A stretch of 64,000 nucleotides of DNA from Basidiobolus meristosporus CBS 931.73 (Eukaryota > Fungi > Basidiobolomycota), in NCBI GenBank assembly GCA_002104905.1, contig MCFE01000199.1:62001-126000 (forward strand), read 5' to 3'. The notes beneath the pieces are model-generated. The model was not told the DNA's origin, did not search any database, and saw only the letters and a program-made list of their open reading frames with translations. Shown in pieces: positions 48,618-61,754 of the stretch. The translations under genes and the position numbers were made by a program. Positions within the stretch are counted from its first letter, which is position 1; each line of letters starts with the position of its first letter.

Positions 48618-51323
48618 TTACAAAAAAATACAAATTTTTTCATATGCACAAAAACCCAGACTCTGAGTCAATTAGGCATTGATAATTGCTGCAGAGCTGC
48701 ATGCTGACCAAAATGCAAAGGCAGATGCAGTTGTAGCAAACACAGCACCTTCAGCTAAAGACCAGCAAGTGGCCATGATGACATCACCACCATTCCTATC
48801 AGCAGGTATGTTGCCAGCTCAAACCAAAGCATTAAAGAGGCAATTCAGGTGCAGTGTTTGATAGTATAGATGCAATAGCCAAGAGAAATCAGGAAATAGT
48901 CCAGAGACAGGATGAGTGGATAATAAGTGTATAGCAATCAATATTGCAGTCAGAGAAAGCAGTGTCTTTGCTGCAAAGAAGGAACTCAAGTAGCTCAAAG
49001 TTGCAGCCAAGAATTGAGCCATTCCCTTGTGAATCAGAAGAGGAACACCGTACAGTCTTTGAAGTACAATAACAGTGCCTTAGGCTAATGTCATAGAAAG
49101 GTCATCACAGTATGGGAGGTATAAAACGCAGTGTTTTATACCAAAGCCTAAAAATCAAAAAGCATTGAAGATCTATGAAGCTGTTAGATGCAATTATAAA
49201 GAGGGGGCTAATATTCATGAGGCCTTTCAAAGTCTAGCATGCTAACACCTTAAGGCTGGCATACCATAGGACCATCAAGAACTTATGGCCAAGCATTGAT
49301 TTGCTGCGGGAAAACAGATTTTGGGCCACCATTGGTATGCTAAGAATGTATCTCAAGAATAGCCAAAACTATTAAAGGCAGAATAACAAAGATGCAATGG
49401 CTAAAAACCAACAGCTTCCTCAAGAGCCCACTACAAGCAGGTCCAAAAGCTCAAAACAAGTGTCAGAGTGGCATCCAGTGGCTGGAAGAGTACCAATAAG
49501 GGAAAAGCAGGCAGAAACAGATGCACCAGCACAGCATTTATCAAGGAAAATGCATAGTTCTACTCAGGAGGCACTTGGTCAAAGTGGCAGTGAAGGACCC
49601 AGCAGTGATTAGAACCAGCAGCCACCTCAGAAGCCCATCACAGGATGGGCCAAGAGCTCAAAATAAGCAGGAAAGAAGCATCAGGTTGCCTGTAGAGTGC
49701 AAGCAAGGGACAAGCAGGCCAAAACAGGCACATCAGAGCACCATTTTTTTCAGAGAAAACTTGGTTCAATATAAGAAGTGTTCCAACAAAGTAGCAGTAA
49801 AAGACCCAGCAGGGATGGGGTGGAGGTAAAGATGAAAAAGTCATTGCAAGCCAGAGACAGGGAAGTGCGAGGAAAAAGCTGCAGCTCTTGCCAGCTGAAA
49901 CCATAAGCTTGGAACAGACTATATCTCATCATAGCCAAGAATAATTACCAACAAGAAAACAGCTGTTTTCTCAAGAGTTCCAGGTGCAGCCAGTTTAGCA
50001 GCATTCCAGTGAGGTAAATGAGTTTGCAGAGAAGGCAATTTATCTATCATTGCCTCCACATCCTCTACTGTTGAAAGCGTGGAGATCCTACTAACAGACA
50101 AATAACAATATCAAGAACTCATAAGTTATCACATTGCCTTCAGTAAAATATCAGAACAGCAATAAGCACACCAAGAGATTGCACAACTTCTTCAAGAGCA
50201 GTGCTCTAGAGAACACACTTCAATATTACAAGGACTTATTGCAACAACAGCACATGAGGTCCAGACCTTGCATTACTGGCAGAAAACCAGGATGTATGGG
50301 AACCAGTGAATGAACAGTGGCATAAAGCTATAGGGCTCCTGCCAAAGTCATGGAGACATAGTATTATAGCCAAAATACTTACTGAGTGCTGGATTATAAG
50401 GGAGTTACTGGTAGAGTGTGGGTTTGGGCTCAATGTTAATATAGAGTGTAGGGTCTTGTATAAGTCAATACAGTTGCCAATTGAGGCACAACTGAAGTTT
50501 CAACACAAATAAATCTATTTCTATGCATGAAAGTAAAAGAAACCGTTGAAGCAGGAAGTAAGGGGTGTGAGAAAGAGGCAATTGCAAATCAATGCACACA
50601 AATGTAGGAGCTAATAGAGTGTCCAGGAGCCAAAAGTGAAAGAACTGGCAGAGACCAATCAAAAGCCACTTATACATTGTTATAATGAGAAATTTTGATC
50701 AAGTTTCATGTGAAATCTGGGGTGCAATTATTTTTTGACAGTCTTTCCACAGTGTCCAGATGGTATCAGTACCTCTTAGTCATGGGACTTTAAGTTTGTG
50801 ATGGCCTTTTGCCAGGATCATTGCAATAACTTTTAATAGGGCTGGAAGTAACCCTTACTTTATAGTTGTTTGCTACATTTACCATGAAATATATTGGAAA
50901 TATTTGAGATTGATTGATACTCTATGCTGTACTTTGTAGCTTTACTATATTGGTCAGACTGCACAAGCTGCTTTAGACAGTAAGTAACTGTAATATATTT
51001 AGGGTGTAAGCAATATATATATTATATAATAGATTTCTTCTGATGGTAGTGGATTCCTGACCAGTTGAACATCTTGTGTTGGAGGCATTGATGATGTGAA
51101 CGCCATACAGCTGATAACATATGCTGGTAACAGGTAGGTCTCTGGGTTATATATTGCCAGCTACATGATGGTTTCTTACTTGTACCAGGTACATGGTAAG
51201 AGGCATCCCAAAATGCTCTTAGCAACAAATAGTAATAAATCCTCAAAGCACCCTTTACTGATATTGGTGGAAGTACAACACTTCTCTAGCCACAGCATTA
51301 CATTGTTCACCAGTACATGTATT

Positions 51324-51692
51324 TGTTGAAATATTGGACTATTTGGTATCATTCAGCAGCTAAAAATTTACTTAACAATTCTAGGCTAGTCTTAGTCACT
51401 GTAGGACTCATTTACTGCCTTAACTTTGCCACTTTCTCCAGATATATGATCTTATGATTATTCCCCTATAGTCAGGATCAAATTAGCACTATTACCAAAC
51501 ATTATGTACTAACCCTGAAACTGTTACAGAATGCTCCTGAATATTGAGAAACCCTCCCTACTTAGTGTTGCAGCTGTATTACTTCTACAAAGGTATAAAT
51601 ACTGAGCTTCTTTATGAATAAACAACAGTTCAACTATTATCACTATTTCTTTATAAGTTCCTTATATCCAAATCACTTCTTAAATTGCAACA
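51324..51692 (+). mobile_element. Solo Copia LTR with 5-bp TSD GTATT
   Basis: 369 bp, TGTTG...CAACA, GTATT on both sides. Confidence 0.93.
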
Positions 51693-52497
51693 GTATTACT
51701 GCAATCACCTGGCTTCATAGAGTATTGCTGGCATTTTTTCCTCAGGTGTTGTATCATTGCACATTGGGATTGTGCTGGCCTCATGCAGGGCACTGTTGGG
51801 GGGGATCTTGAGATCTATTGCCCTGCAGGCCATATTCAGATGGCTGAGGTGAGCCTAAATGCATTACACACATACCTGAATCAGTTGATGCAAGGTGATA
51901 AGTATAGCTAGGTGCTGCTATAAAAGTAATCCCTATGAGAAATAATTGTGATGATCCCATCCATAGGCCATTGAAGATTTACAGTCCCATGATCAACAGG
52001 TGCTAATCTGGTCAGGACACCATGCAAAGACCACCAGAAAGTAATTGCACCCCAGATATCACAAATAACTTGGTCAAATTTTTAATCACATCAATGAATA
52101 TGTGGTTCTTGTTTGGTTCTCTGCCAATTTTGGCACTTTCTGATCCCAGACACTCTATCACCTGCTGTATTTGTGTGTATTGATTGGCTATTGCCTTCAT
52201 TTCACACCCCTTACTTCCTGACTCAATTGTTTCTCTTACATTTCATGCATAGAAGTTGATGCATTTCTGTTCAAGCTTCCGTTATACCTCAATTGCCAAC
52301 TGTATTGACCTATAAAACTCCCTATACCCTATACTAGCACTAAGCCTAACCTCATACTCAACAATTAACCCCATTAAAATCCACAACTCAATAAGTATTG
52401 CTGCCACAAAACTCTGGTTCAAAAGTTGGCTTCCTTGAACTGTCCGGACCTGGTTGCCTTGGGTTGCTTCAATTGGATGCTTTCTTATTCTAATGTG

Positions 52498-52866
52498 TGT
52501 TGCAATTTAAGAAGTGATTTGGATATAAGGAACTTATAAAGAAATAGTGATAATAGTTGAACTGTTGTTTATTCATAAAGAAGCTCAGTATTTATACCTT
52601 TGTAGAAGTAATACAGCTGCAACACTAAGTAGGGAGGGTTTCTCAATATTCAGGAGCATTCTGTAACAGTTTCAGGGTTAGTACATAATGTTTGGTAATA
52701 GTGCTAATTTGATCCTGACTATAGGGGAATAATCATAAGATCATATATCTGGAGAAAGTGGCAAAGTTAAGGCAGTAAATGAGTCCTACAGTGACTAAGA
52801 CTAGCCTAGAATTGTTAAGTAAATTTTTAGCTGCTGAATGATACCAAATAGTCCAATATTTCAACA
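52498..52866 (-). mobile_element. Copia LTR without matching TSD, PBS or PPT; exact reverse complement of 51324-51692
   Basis: Base-by-base reading shows no mismatch; flanks ATGTG/GAAAG differ. Confidence 0.9.
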
Positions 52867-54373
52867 GAAAGTTTCTCTAGTTGCTGTGTCAGCTCCTGAA
52901 TTTGAGTGTTTTGCTTACTGGGATTAAGTAAGTCTTGGCTATCTTGGCTTTGTGCCAAGCTTGAAAAAAGCTTTCTGATTGGTGAGGTTTCTTCAGGGGC
53001 AAGTAGAATCTGCTAGCTAACTGAGATGCAGGCAGTGAGCTCATAGCTTTCACAGTAGGATTATTTTCAATCCTTCTCACCAAGTCTTGTGATAGAGCTC
53101 TGATAAGATAGGCAGATACAGTGAGATCAGTGATAACTCCTTGGGCTTTCAGTGACTCTCCAATTTGCTCAAGGCCAATCAGGTATTCTTTCAATGGTAG
53201 CAGCTTAAACTTACTATAAACAAAGTTCTCCAAATCTTTAAGTGTGTAGTCAACTTGTTTCTCTCCATATTCATCAATCAAGTAGCTCTTCAAGAGGGTC
53301 CAATTTGTCAGCAGATCATTTCTTTCATTTAATGAGAGCATGATCTCATCTGTGCTGTAAGGGGGCATATCTTCAGCCATAATGGCCTTGGGTATTTTGT
53401 GGGCTCTGCAGAATAGCTCCCAACTCTGGATGAAAGCTTTAACTTCAGTTCCATCAAAGAAAGGAGTTCCTTGAATTCCTGGTAAAGGTAGTTCTATGGT
53501 CTCGATAATTTGTTCATTCTTAAGTCTTTCAGGGGCAGTTCAGTCAAACCCCCCACATCAGGTGCCAAATGTGTGGTGGTGTAGAGGTACTCCTGGGAGA
53601 AGCTACACAACTCAAGGTGTGTGAGATGTCTGATGGGTGCAATAACCTCTGGGTCTAAACTGCTGATGTCTTTGTCAATATGTCACTATTGTAAAAGCTC
53701 CTACTTCTCTAGCTCCCTAGGAGCTCCAATTGTCTCCAAAGGCCTCTGTGTGTCTGGTGCACCACTCTGAAAAGCTCCTGGATGGCAGGTCTGAGATGTA
53801 CTGTTGAAGGCAGGTAAAGTGATCAAATTCTAATCAATAAGGGAGAAGTATTACTGATAGAAGGGATGATTTATTGATGGGGGATTGCCTTCCCTTAAAT
53901 ACTTTTCCTGATTGCCAAGTGATTACCAATGAAAAGGTTATAGAAGATTCCAAGCATCAGTGGAATTCCTGATGACATCACTATGAGCTAAAAATATGCA
54001 AAGAATCTTCTGGAAGGTTCTAAAAGGCACAGCACATCCAACCAATCAGGGATCAGTAGTCTTAAACCTGTGCAATATAGATACCATAAATGGTATTTCA
54101 ATGGCAGGGATGGTAATACAGACTTAGGTCATGTGTCATGGGTACTAACAGGTGAATTTGCGTAATGTATATACATAAATAGATCACAAAGCTTTATAAC
54201 ATCTGGGATAACTAATATTATTAACTAATCAGAGTAAACAGCATATGGGGAAAATACTAATAATACTGGCAAAGGAAGAATGAGATAATATTGATAAGAT
54301 AAAATATGGACAAGTACATCATAATAGCTATGTGAATACACTAGTCTGTGGGAGGTGTATTTACCGTACCACA
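52867..54373 (-). mobile_element. 5' fragment of Ty3 element C (LTR 53572-54373, Lys-like PBS 53549-53567, truncated gag), related to family B
   Basis: LTR end shares CACCACCACA with B; minus-strand TGGCACCTGATGTGGGGG; Gag PFFDGTEVKAFIQSWE...MAEDMPPYSTDEI parallels B Gag. Confidence 0.82.
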
Positions 54374-55737
54374 ATGCCTTTAGGCTCACCCCAGCCTGCT
54401 GAATATGGCATGCAGAGTGATAGCTCTGAAGAAGCAGGCTCTGTGATGGATTGTGAGTCTATCTTGCTGAAAACAGTACCCTGCATGAGCCTGGCAAGAT
54501 CCCATCATGCAATGAGAAAATACCCACAGAAAAAAATGCCTGGAATACTTTGTGAATTTAAGTAAGCCCGGTAATCCATCTACTGGTGATTGATGTGATG
54601 ATGTGGCTAGAGAGGTGGTGCATTTCTATTAATATCAGTGATGAAGGCTTTGAGGATTTACTACCACCACCTGCTAAAATCATCCCAGAATGCAACTTGC
54701 CGTTTACATGGTATAAATGGAAAATCATCATGCAGCTGGCAACACATGACCCTGAGACTGTCCCAATAACAGCATGTGTCATCAGCTGCATGGCATTCAA
54801 ATTGGAAAATGCCACCATTGTAAGGTGTCCAACTTGTCAGAAGTCCACCACCATTGGGAGAAAACATTGTTCACACTCCAGATATAATCCTGTGACACCA
54901 CATCTAAAGAAGCTTATGCAGTCCAACAAATATTGTGAAGTTAAGAGTAGCAAACTCAGTATCAGTCAAGTGCAAGTATATCCAATATATTTGATGACAA
55001 ACATGAGCAACAGCTAAGACGCAAGGGCTACTTTGAAGGTATGCAAGACCATGTCTTTACTTTGACATTTGGTGAATACTCATTAAAATATAATCTACCA
55101 GCAGATCCTCCTGGCCACTGGTTATCTTCATCCTGAATCTGCAGCATATCTCACAGTATCAGAGCATAAATCTGATGGTAGTCTCACTGGTACCTGGGCC
55201 AAAATCACAACTCAAGCTGGATAGCTACCTGTATCCATTGCTGGATGAGTTTTGTAAGCTTTCCAGCAGGATAATAGCTATTGGCTGTCACGTAGAAGCA
55301 CATATTATTCTATGCATTAGATATACATCATCATCAACAAGGTAGCCAGCTTTTCTTGGCACAATGGATGGTGTTACTGTCAAATGTGTGAGATCCAAGG
55401 GACATACTCTCTAACTCACACATATTACTATCACCCAAACACTAACACTAAAAACACCGGCCTCCCATAGAGAGAACATACAGAAGTCAGCATGCAGTTA
55501 CCGCAGAGTTTGCAAGTTAAAAGCCATTGGCTGGAATGTTAAATTAATTGGAAACCAGTGGCACTTAAGACAGACTGCATTTGTGGGAGCAAAAGCTTTC
55601 CACCGGGAGTTATGCATTTGCATTTCAGCAATATCCCTATACTGATGATCAAGTTGTACATGGGATATTTCAAGCTCAATGAGCTCTTTGAGATACCAGA
55701 GAAATCTGAAAGATTTGGAGAGTTATTACAGAGTATC
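54374..55737 (+). mobile_element. Degenerate CACTA transposase (host of the full Copia); resumes at 60242
   Basis: DVMMWLERWCISINISDEGFEDLL; homology to other copies; rejoins across the GTATC TSD. Confidence 0.8.
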
Positions 55738-58700
55738 TGTTGCAATTTAAGAAGTGATTTGGATATAAGGCACATATCAAGAAATAATGATAATAGTTGA
55801 GCTGTTGTTTATTGATAAAGAAGCTCTGTATTTATACCTTTGTAGAAGTATTACAGCTGTAACACTAAGTAAGGAGAGTTTCTCAATATTCAGAAGCATT
55901 CTGTAACAGTTTCAGGGCTAGTACATAATGTTCAGTAGTAGTGCCAATCTGATCCTGACCTTAGGAGAATAATCATAGGATCATAGATCTGAAGAAAGTG
56001 GTGAAGTTAGAGCTGTAAGTTAGTCCCACAGTGACCAAGATTAGTCCAGAGTTGTGAAGTAAACTTTTAGCTACTGAATGATACCAGATAGTCCAAGATT
56101 TCAGCACTACCCCTCAACTAAATATTTTCTTAATCCTAATTCCTCCATGTGATTCTCAAATTGTGGCCTAGCTAGTGGTTTTGTCAATATACCTGCCACT
56201 CTTTTGTTAGTTGGGCAGTACACTAACTCTACTAAGTTATTTTCTACAGCTTCCCTTGCAAAGTGATGCTGTATATCAATGTGCTTAGTTCTGGCATGAT
56301 AAGTAGGATTTCTAGCTAACAAAATACAACTTTAATTAACCTTATAAATACATGTTGGTTCATCTGAATAAAAACTTAAGTCTTTGAATAATTCTTGAAG
56401 CCATATATCCTCCTAAGTTGCTTGACATCCAGCCATATATTCTGCTTCAGTTGTAGATAGGGCCACAGTTGGTTGTTCCATGCAATTCCAAGTAATAGCT
56501 GCACCAGCATAGAGAAACACATATCCTGTGGTAGAGTGTCTGTCAATCAAATCCCTACCCCAATCTGAATCACTATAACCATCAGGTTTTTGCCTATAAG
56601 CTGTGCCAGAGTAATCCAGTACCATATTTATGGTACCTTGTAGATATCTAAAAATCCTCTTAACTGCTGCAATTTGATCCAATCCATAATTCTGCATGAG
56701 TTGACTGACTATTTCAACTGCCACTGCAATATGTGGACTTGTAGACAGCATCAAGTACATTAGGCTACCAACCATTGATTGATAGGGAAGGTCTTGGGCC
56801 ATACTTGAGCCATTTACATCTGTTACTGGCTGAGATTTGTTTAATTTCAGGTTATTGTCCATAGGGGTAGCTGCAGGTTTGCAATTTCTCACTTCAAAGC
56901 ATTTAAGAATGTCTCTGATGTACTTAGATTGATTCAGCTCAGCTTTCTGTGTAGGCTTGTCAAATTTGACTTCAATTCCAAGAGAATAGCTCAATTTTCT
57001 AAGATCTTTCATCTCAAACTTGCTGAAGAGATCTGATTTCATCTGTTTAAGTGCCTCTTGGTCACTTGTGGCTATAATTAGCTTGTCCACATAAAGAACT
57101 AGGAGGCTCACAACCTTTTTGGGCCGTTTCACATATATACAGTGATCTGCAGTGCCACAAGAGAACCCAATTTCCTCTAGATATGTGTCAAGCTTCTTAT
57201 ACCATGCTCTAGATGCCTGCTTAAGCCCATACAGCAATATTCTAAGCTTGCACACCTTATGGAGGTCTTTTGGATCAGTAAACCTTCTGGTTGCTCCGTA
57301 TATATAGTTTCTAGCAAATCCCCATTTAGAAAGGCTATTTTGACGTCCATTTGGGGTAGATCTAGACTGTGCACAGCTGTCAGGGCTAGAACTGTCCTAA
57401 TGGAGTTAAACTTGGCAACTGGAGCAAATGTTTCTTTAAAGTCTAGTCCCCAGATCTGGGAATAGCCTTAAGCCATCTTTATGGCCTTGCACCTATCAAC
57501 TGCACCATTTGAGATTATTTTGATCTTGTAGACCCATCTTCATCCTATTGGCTTTCTCCTATTTAGTAAATCTACCAGTTCCAACATTTTTGCCTTGATC
57601 AGGGATTGGTACTCCTCCTGCATGGCTTGTTGCCTTAAAGTATCATCTGGACTTTGCATTGCCTGTTCTAGATTCTGAAGTTTGGCACATAAAGCAAGAT
57701 GATCTTCTTCGTGATCATTGGATGTCTGCCACCAGAATCCAGGGGCATTTCTTATTCTTGTGGATCTCCTAAATGGGATAATCTGCTCTGATCTGGAACT
57801 GGTAGAATTATCATCCGTATGTGGGTGAATTAGGTACATATCTTCTTTATTAGTGTTTATTGCACCATGAGGTAGCTGGCCAATGATTTCAGTGGCTTTG
57901 ATATTTGAATTCTCCTCAAATAGAATTTCCCTGCTATTGATCAGCTTCTGAATTTCCCCATTGTATACTCTATACCCTTTAGTATCTTCACAATACCCAA
58001 GAAAGATCCCTTTCCTACTCTTTGGTTCCAACTTTGAGTGTTTTTTGTCAGGGATGTGATAAAACACATCACTGCCAAAGGTCTTGAGGTGCTGGAGTTC
58101 TGGTTTTTTGCCTGTAAAAGCTTCAAAAGGTGAAGAACCACGTAGTGCTGTTATTGGGCATCTTTCTTGACATACACTGTGGTAGCAACAGATTCAGCCC
58201 AAAGCTAATAGCCTATTCCCTCACCATGTAGCATAGATGTTCCCATCTCCACTATTGTTCTATTTGCATGTTCTGCTACTTCATTTTGCTGTGGAGTATG
58301 AGGAACTGTGGTCTGTTGAAGTATACCAGTGGACAAGCTGTATTTTGCAAACTCCTTTAAGCAGACAGTGTTATCATGAGGCTACATATGTCTGAGTATA
58401 CAATAGCCAATATTTTGGTGGTATTAATGTCTTCTGAGCTCTTGAAACTTTGACTAGCTTTTTTGCCATATGAATATCCCTTACAAACATTCAATTTGAT
58501 TGGAATTGAGTTTTTTAGGCCCAAGACAAGCTGATTTTCACCATTTGGCTCATTTTCTATTCCCCAATGTGTCCTAGCCTCCTATGCCATGTCTCCCAGT
58601 TGGTTTCATCAGTTTCAGCATTGTTCACATACTCATTCACAATGATCTTGCATTGTAACTTGCATATATTGTGATCTCTGATTCCCAAAGCTAATTTTAG

Positions 58701-60236
58701 TCTATTTTCACTCAATATCAAGCAGCTCATCAAAGTAAAAACAAATTTCAGTCCCTGAGCAGTTGCTGTACTGACTGAGAGTAGGTTCTTAGCTATTCCA
58801 GGTATAAAGAGTAAGTCAGTCAGTCTTGCTGTTGTTGTCCCTGAGCTGTTGCTTGCATTTGGTTTTATAGACCCACTGACGGTAGGTTCCAGAGCAGAGT
58901 TATCTCCCAGATAAACCTTTGTTATGGGAATAGTCTTTGAGTTGCTGAACCACTCATTTATACCACAAATATGCTGTGACACTCCAGAGTCAATGTACCA
59001 TTCATTACTTTGGTTACCTGCACTCTTTTGTACAGTTACAAATAGCTGTTCATCAGTAGTAATATGGTTTGCCTGCTCTAGTTTTTTTTGTCTGCCTGTT
59101 TCTTCTTGCATTCTCTTGCCCAATATCCCGGCTTTTTACAGTAGTTGCAGTAAACTGACTTCTTTGGTTTTGTTACTTTCCCTTCTTTTCTGAGTGCCTT
59201 TCTGAACTGAATAAGGTATTATCTTCAATTTTCTCTGATTGATCATTACTTCTGAGTTCTTCATGGATAAGTCATCCTTTGACATTGTCTAAAGTCAAAT
59301 TTTCTTCTCTGCTTTCAAAGGAACATATGAGTGGCTCATACTTCTCTGGTAGGTTGCAATGCAATCACAGTATCTTTTCTTCATCATCTACACTAGCATA
59401 AATACTGTGAAGTTCTTCTGTAAGTGTCTCTATTCTGGTAATGAGTTGTAGCATGTCATCATCTGGCTTCTTCCTCATATTGAAGAGCCTTTTTTTAAAT
59501 AAAGCTTGCTTGATACTGACTGTGCTCTAAAGATCTTCTTTAAGGATTCCCATGCTGCTTTGGCAGTATTTGAGGCATGGATTTGTCTAATGACGGAATC
59601 TTGCACATTGATACATATGGCATTAAAGGCCTTACTCTCCTTCTCTTAAGACTTCTCCACTTCTTGTGCTGTTCCTTTGGGCTCAACTTCTTTTCCTGTC
59701 ACCATATTCCAAAGCTGCCTTTCTTCAAGGTAGATCTGCATCTTGATTCTCCAAAGTCTGTAGTTCTTTCCATCAAACCTCTCCTTTACAGGGAAGCTGT
59801 TTGTGTTGTTCTGTTTGCTGGTAGAAGTCATCTTTAGAATAGAGCAAGGCAATTTGGGCTTATAACCTGTGGCAATTTAAGAAGTGATTTGGATATAAGG
59901 AACTTATTAAGAAATAGTGATAATAGTTGAACTGTTGTTAATTGCTAAAGAAGCTCAGTATTTATACCTTTGTAAAAGTAATACAGCTGTAACACTACGT
60001 AAGGAGGGTTTCTCAATACTCAGGAGCATTCTGTAACAGTTTTAGGGTTAGGACAGAATGCTTGGTAGTAGTGCTAATTTGATCCTGCCTATAGGGGAAT
60101 AATCATAAGATCATAGGTCTGAACAAAGTGGTGAAGTTAAAGCTGTAAATTAGTCCCATAGTGACCAAGACTAGTCAAGAATTGTTAAGTAGAGTTTGAG
60201 CTGCTGATTGATACCAAATAGTTCAATATTTCAACA
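55738..60236 (-). mobile_element. Full-length, degenerate Ty1/Copia (3' LTR 55738-56106, 5' LTR 59868-60236, TSD GTATC)
   Basis: Paired 369-bp LTRs; PBS GGTTATAAGCCC at 59856-59867; PPT at 56107-56118; gag-PR-IN-RT-RH order. Confidence 0.95.
56107..59852 (-). pseudogene. pol: Copia gag-pol (fragmented)
   Basis: RFDGKNYRLWRIKM; WYIDSGVSQHI; WHRRLGH; KLEPKSRKGIFLGY; QMDVKIAFLNG; LYGLKQASRAWY; LYVD; GYSDSDW; HARTKHIDIQHHF. Confidence 0.95.
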
Positions 60237-60241
60237 GTATC

Positions 60242-61754
60242 TGCTACCCTAAGTACTTTTCACAGTCTCCAATCAACATTTATACGCATAGGAAACAATA
60301 CAAATGCAAAGACTGGATAAACTGGATATATGTTTACTCAAGTGGCCTTCTGAAGCCATTTCTACTAAGAGTACATTGAAAGCATTTGAAGTCATACTTG
60401 GTCATTGGAGTAATATTTGCCAACCTGATGCATCTACAGCTTTTGTACAAGGAGCTTGTGAAGGGGTTTGAGCAACCTATACTACAAACATGGAGCAGAA
60501 CACGTATGTATCTGCTGCTACTGTATCCATTTGCTACTCCATCTTGCTCAGTGTGTTTAGAATATTGGACCTTGCTTCACCACTTGGGAGTTTCCTATTA
60601 AGTAGATGTGTGGGGAGATAGGAAGCTGAGTCAAGTAGCAGGTACTACCAAATCACAATCTCATCAAGAATATCACATGCAAATCCTGCATGGATGTGAT
60701 AGGTTGACACATGGAAGACATTCAGGAAGAGTTGGAAAATACTGAGGATACATGTGCACATGGAGACATCTATGCCTATGGCATTAAGATGCTAAGTAGC
60801 CCCCATGTGTGGGTAATCAGCTAGGTTTTGCAAAATTGGGGCAGGTGCAGCAAGAAACTAATTCTTATCAGGGAAACTCTACTAAGGCATGCCGGATTAC
60901 TCTTAGTCACAAGCCAATCTCTACACAATTCAGAAATAAATTCACGCAAACAAGAGCCAGAATGCACCAATAATGGGATCTAGAATCCTGCAGGAAGGAC
61001 TCTATTGGCTAAATACCAAAAAGTTCTTTGCAGATAATCAGGAGGTATTGCTGGCAGAAGTTGTGGCAACCAAGCATAAGCTTGCAGATGTATATGCAAA
61101 CAGCAATACAAGGTATATAGCAACTTTGCAGGCTTCATATTAAAAAGCCTTAAAGTTGATGTTATAGGGGTATGTCAAATGAAGCAGGTGTGCATGTTTG
61201 TAAAGACTAGTAAGCAGGTGGCCATAGTATCTTTTGACCCAAACTATTTGTCAAATACCCAAGGTAGCAATGGGTAAGCAAATAACAAGGGGTGATTCTA
61301 AAGTTGAATTTATGAATTGCACAAGGGGAGGTAGAAAAAGGAAATACTATTTGGTCAATTGGTGTGGTAGCATTATACTGAACTGGCTGTAGTCTGTCAA
61401 ACTGCCATAATAATGCCTTTGGCAGCTGGCAAAGGGGCTGTCCAAACAACTTCAAGTTGCTTACCATATAAGGCAATTAGATGTAGTGGCTGGTTGGATT
61501 CACTCAGATAGTTGTTAAGTGCACAGAGACCGCAACAATTCCATATCACCTCATCCAAAACACCACAAAAACACAGCTATACTTTAGCAACTATGTTTGG
61601 CATTAAAATAGCAAAATGACATTGTGATCCCATCACAAAATCATTTATATGGTCATTAATTCCAAGCTGCTGGTACTATTGCAGTCTCCTGACAGGATCT
61701 TGATAGCTGATCCAGATTGAGTCCACCCACAGAACCAAATTGTTTTTCATATGG
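60242..61754 (+). mobile_element. 3' part of host CACTA copy with decayed terminus
   Basis: Transposase C-terminal homology; ends ...TTTTTCATATGG. Confidence 0.72.

Larger units (their letters stand above)
44790..50841 (-). mobile_element. Decayed CACTA copy carrying the MutS7 insert (transposase on minus 44790-46600; ORF2 on plus from 46713 and 48645-50600; terminus ...AATAGGG at 50841)
   Basis: Co-linear with 23784-29392 on both sides of the insert. Confidence 0.82.
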
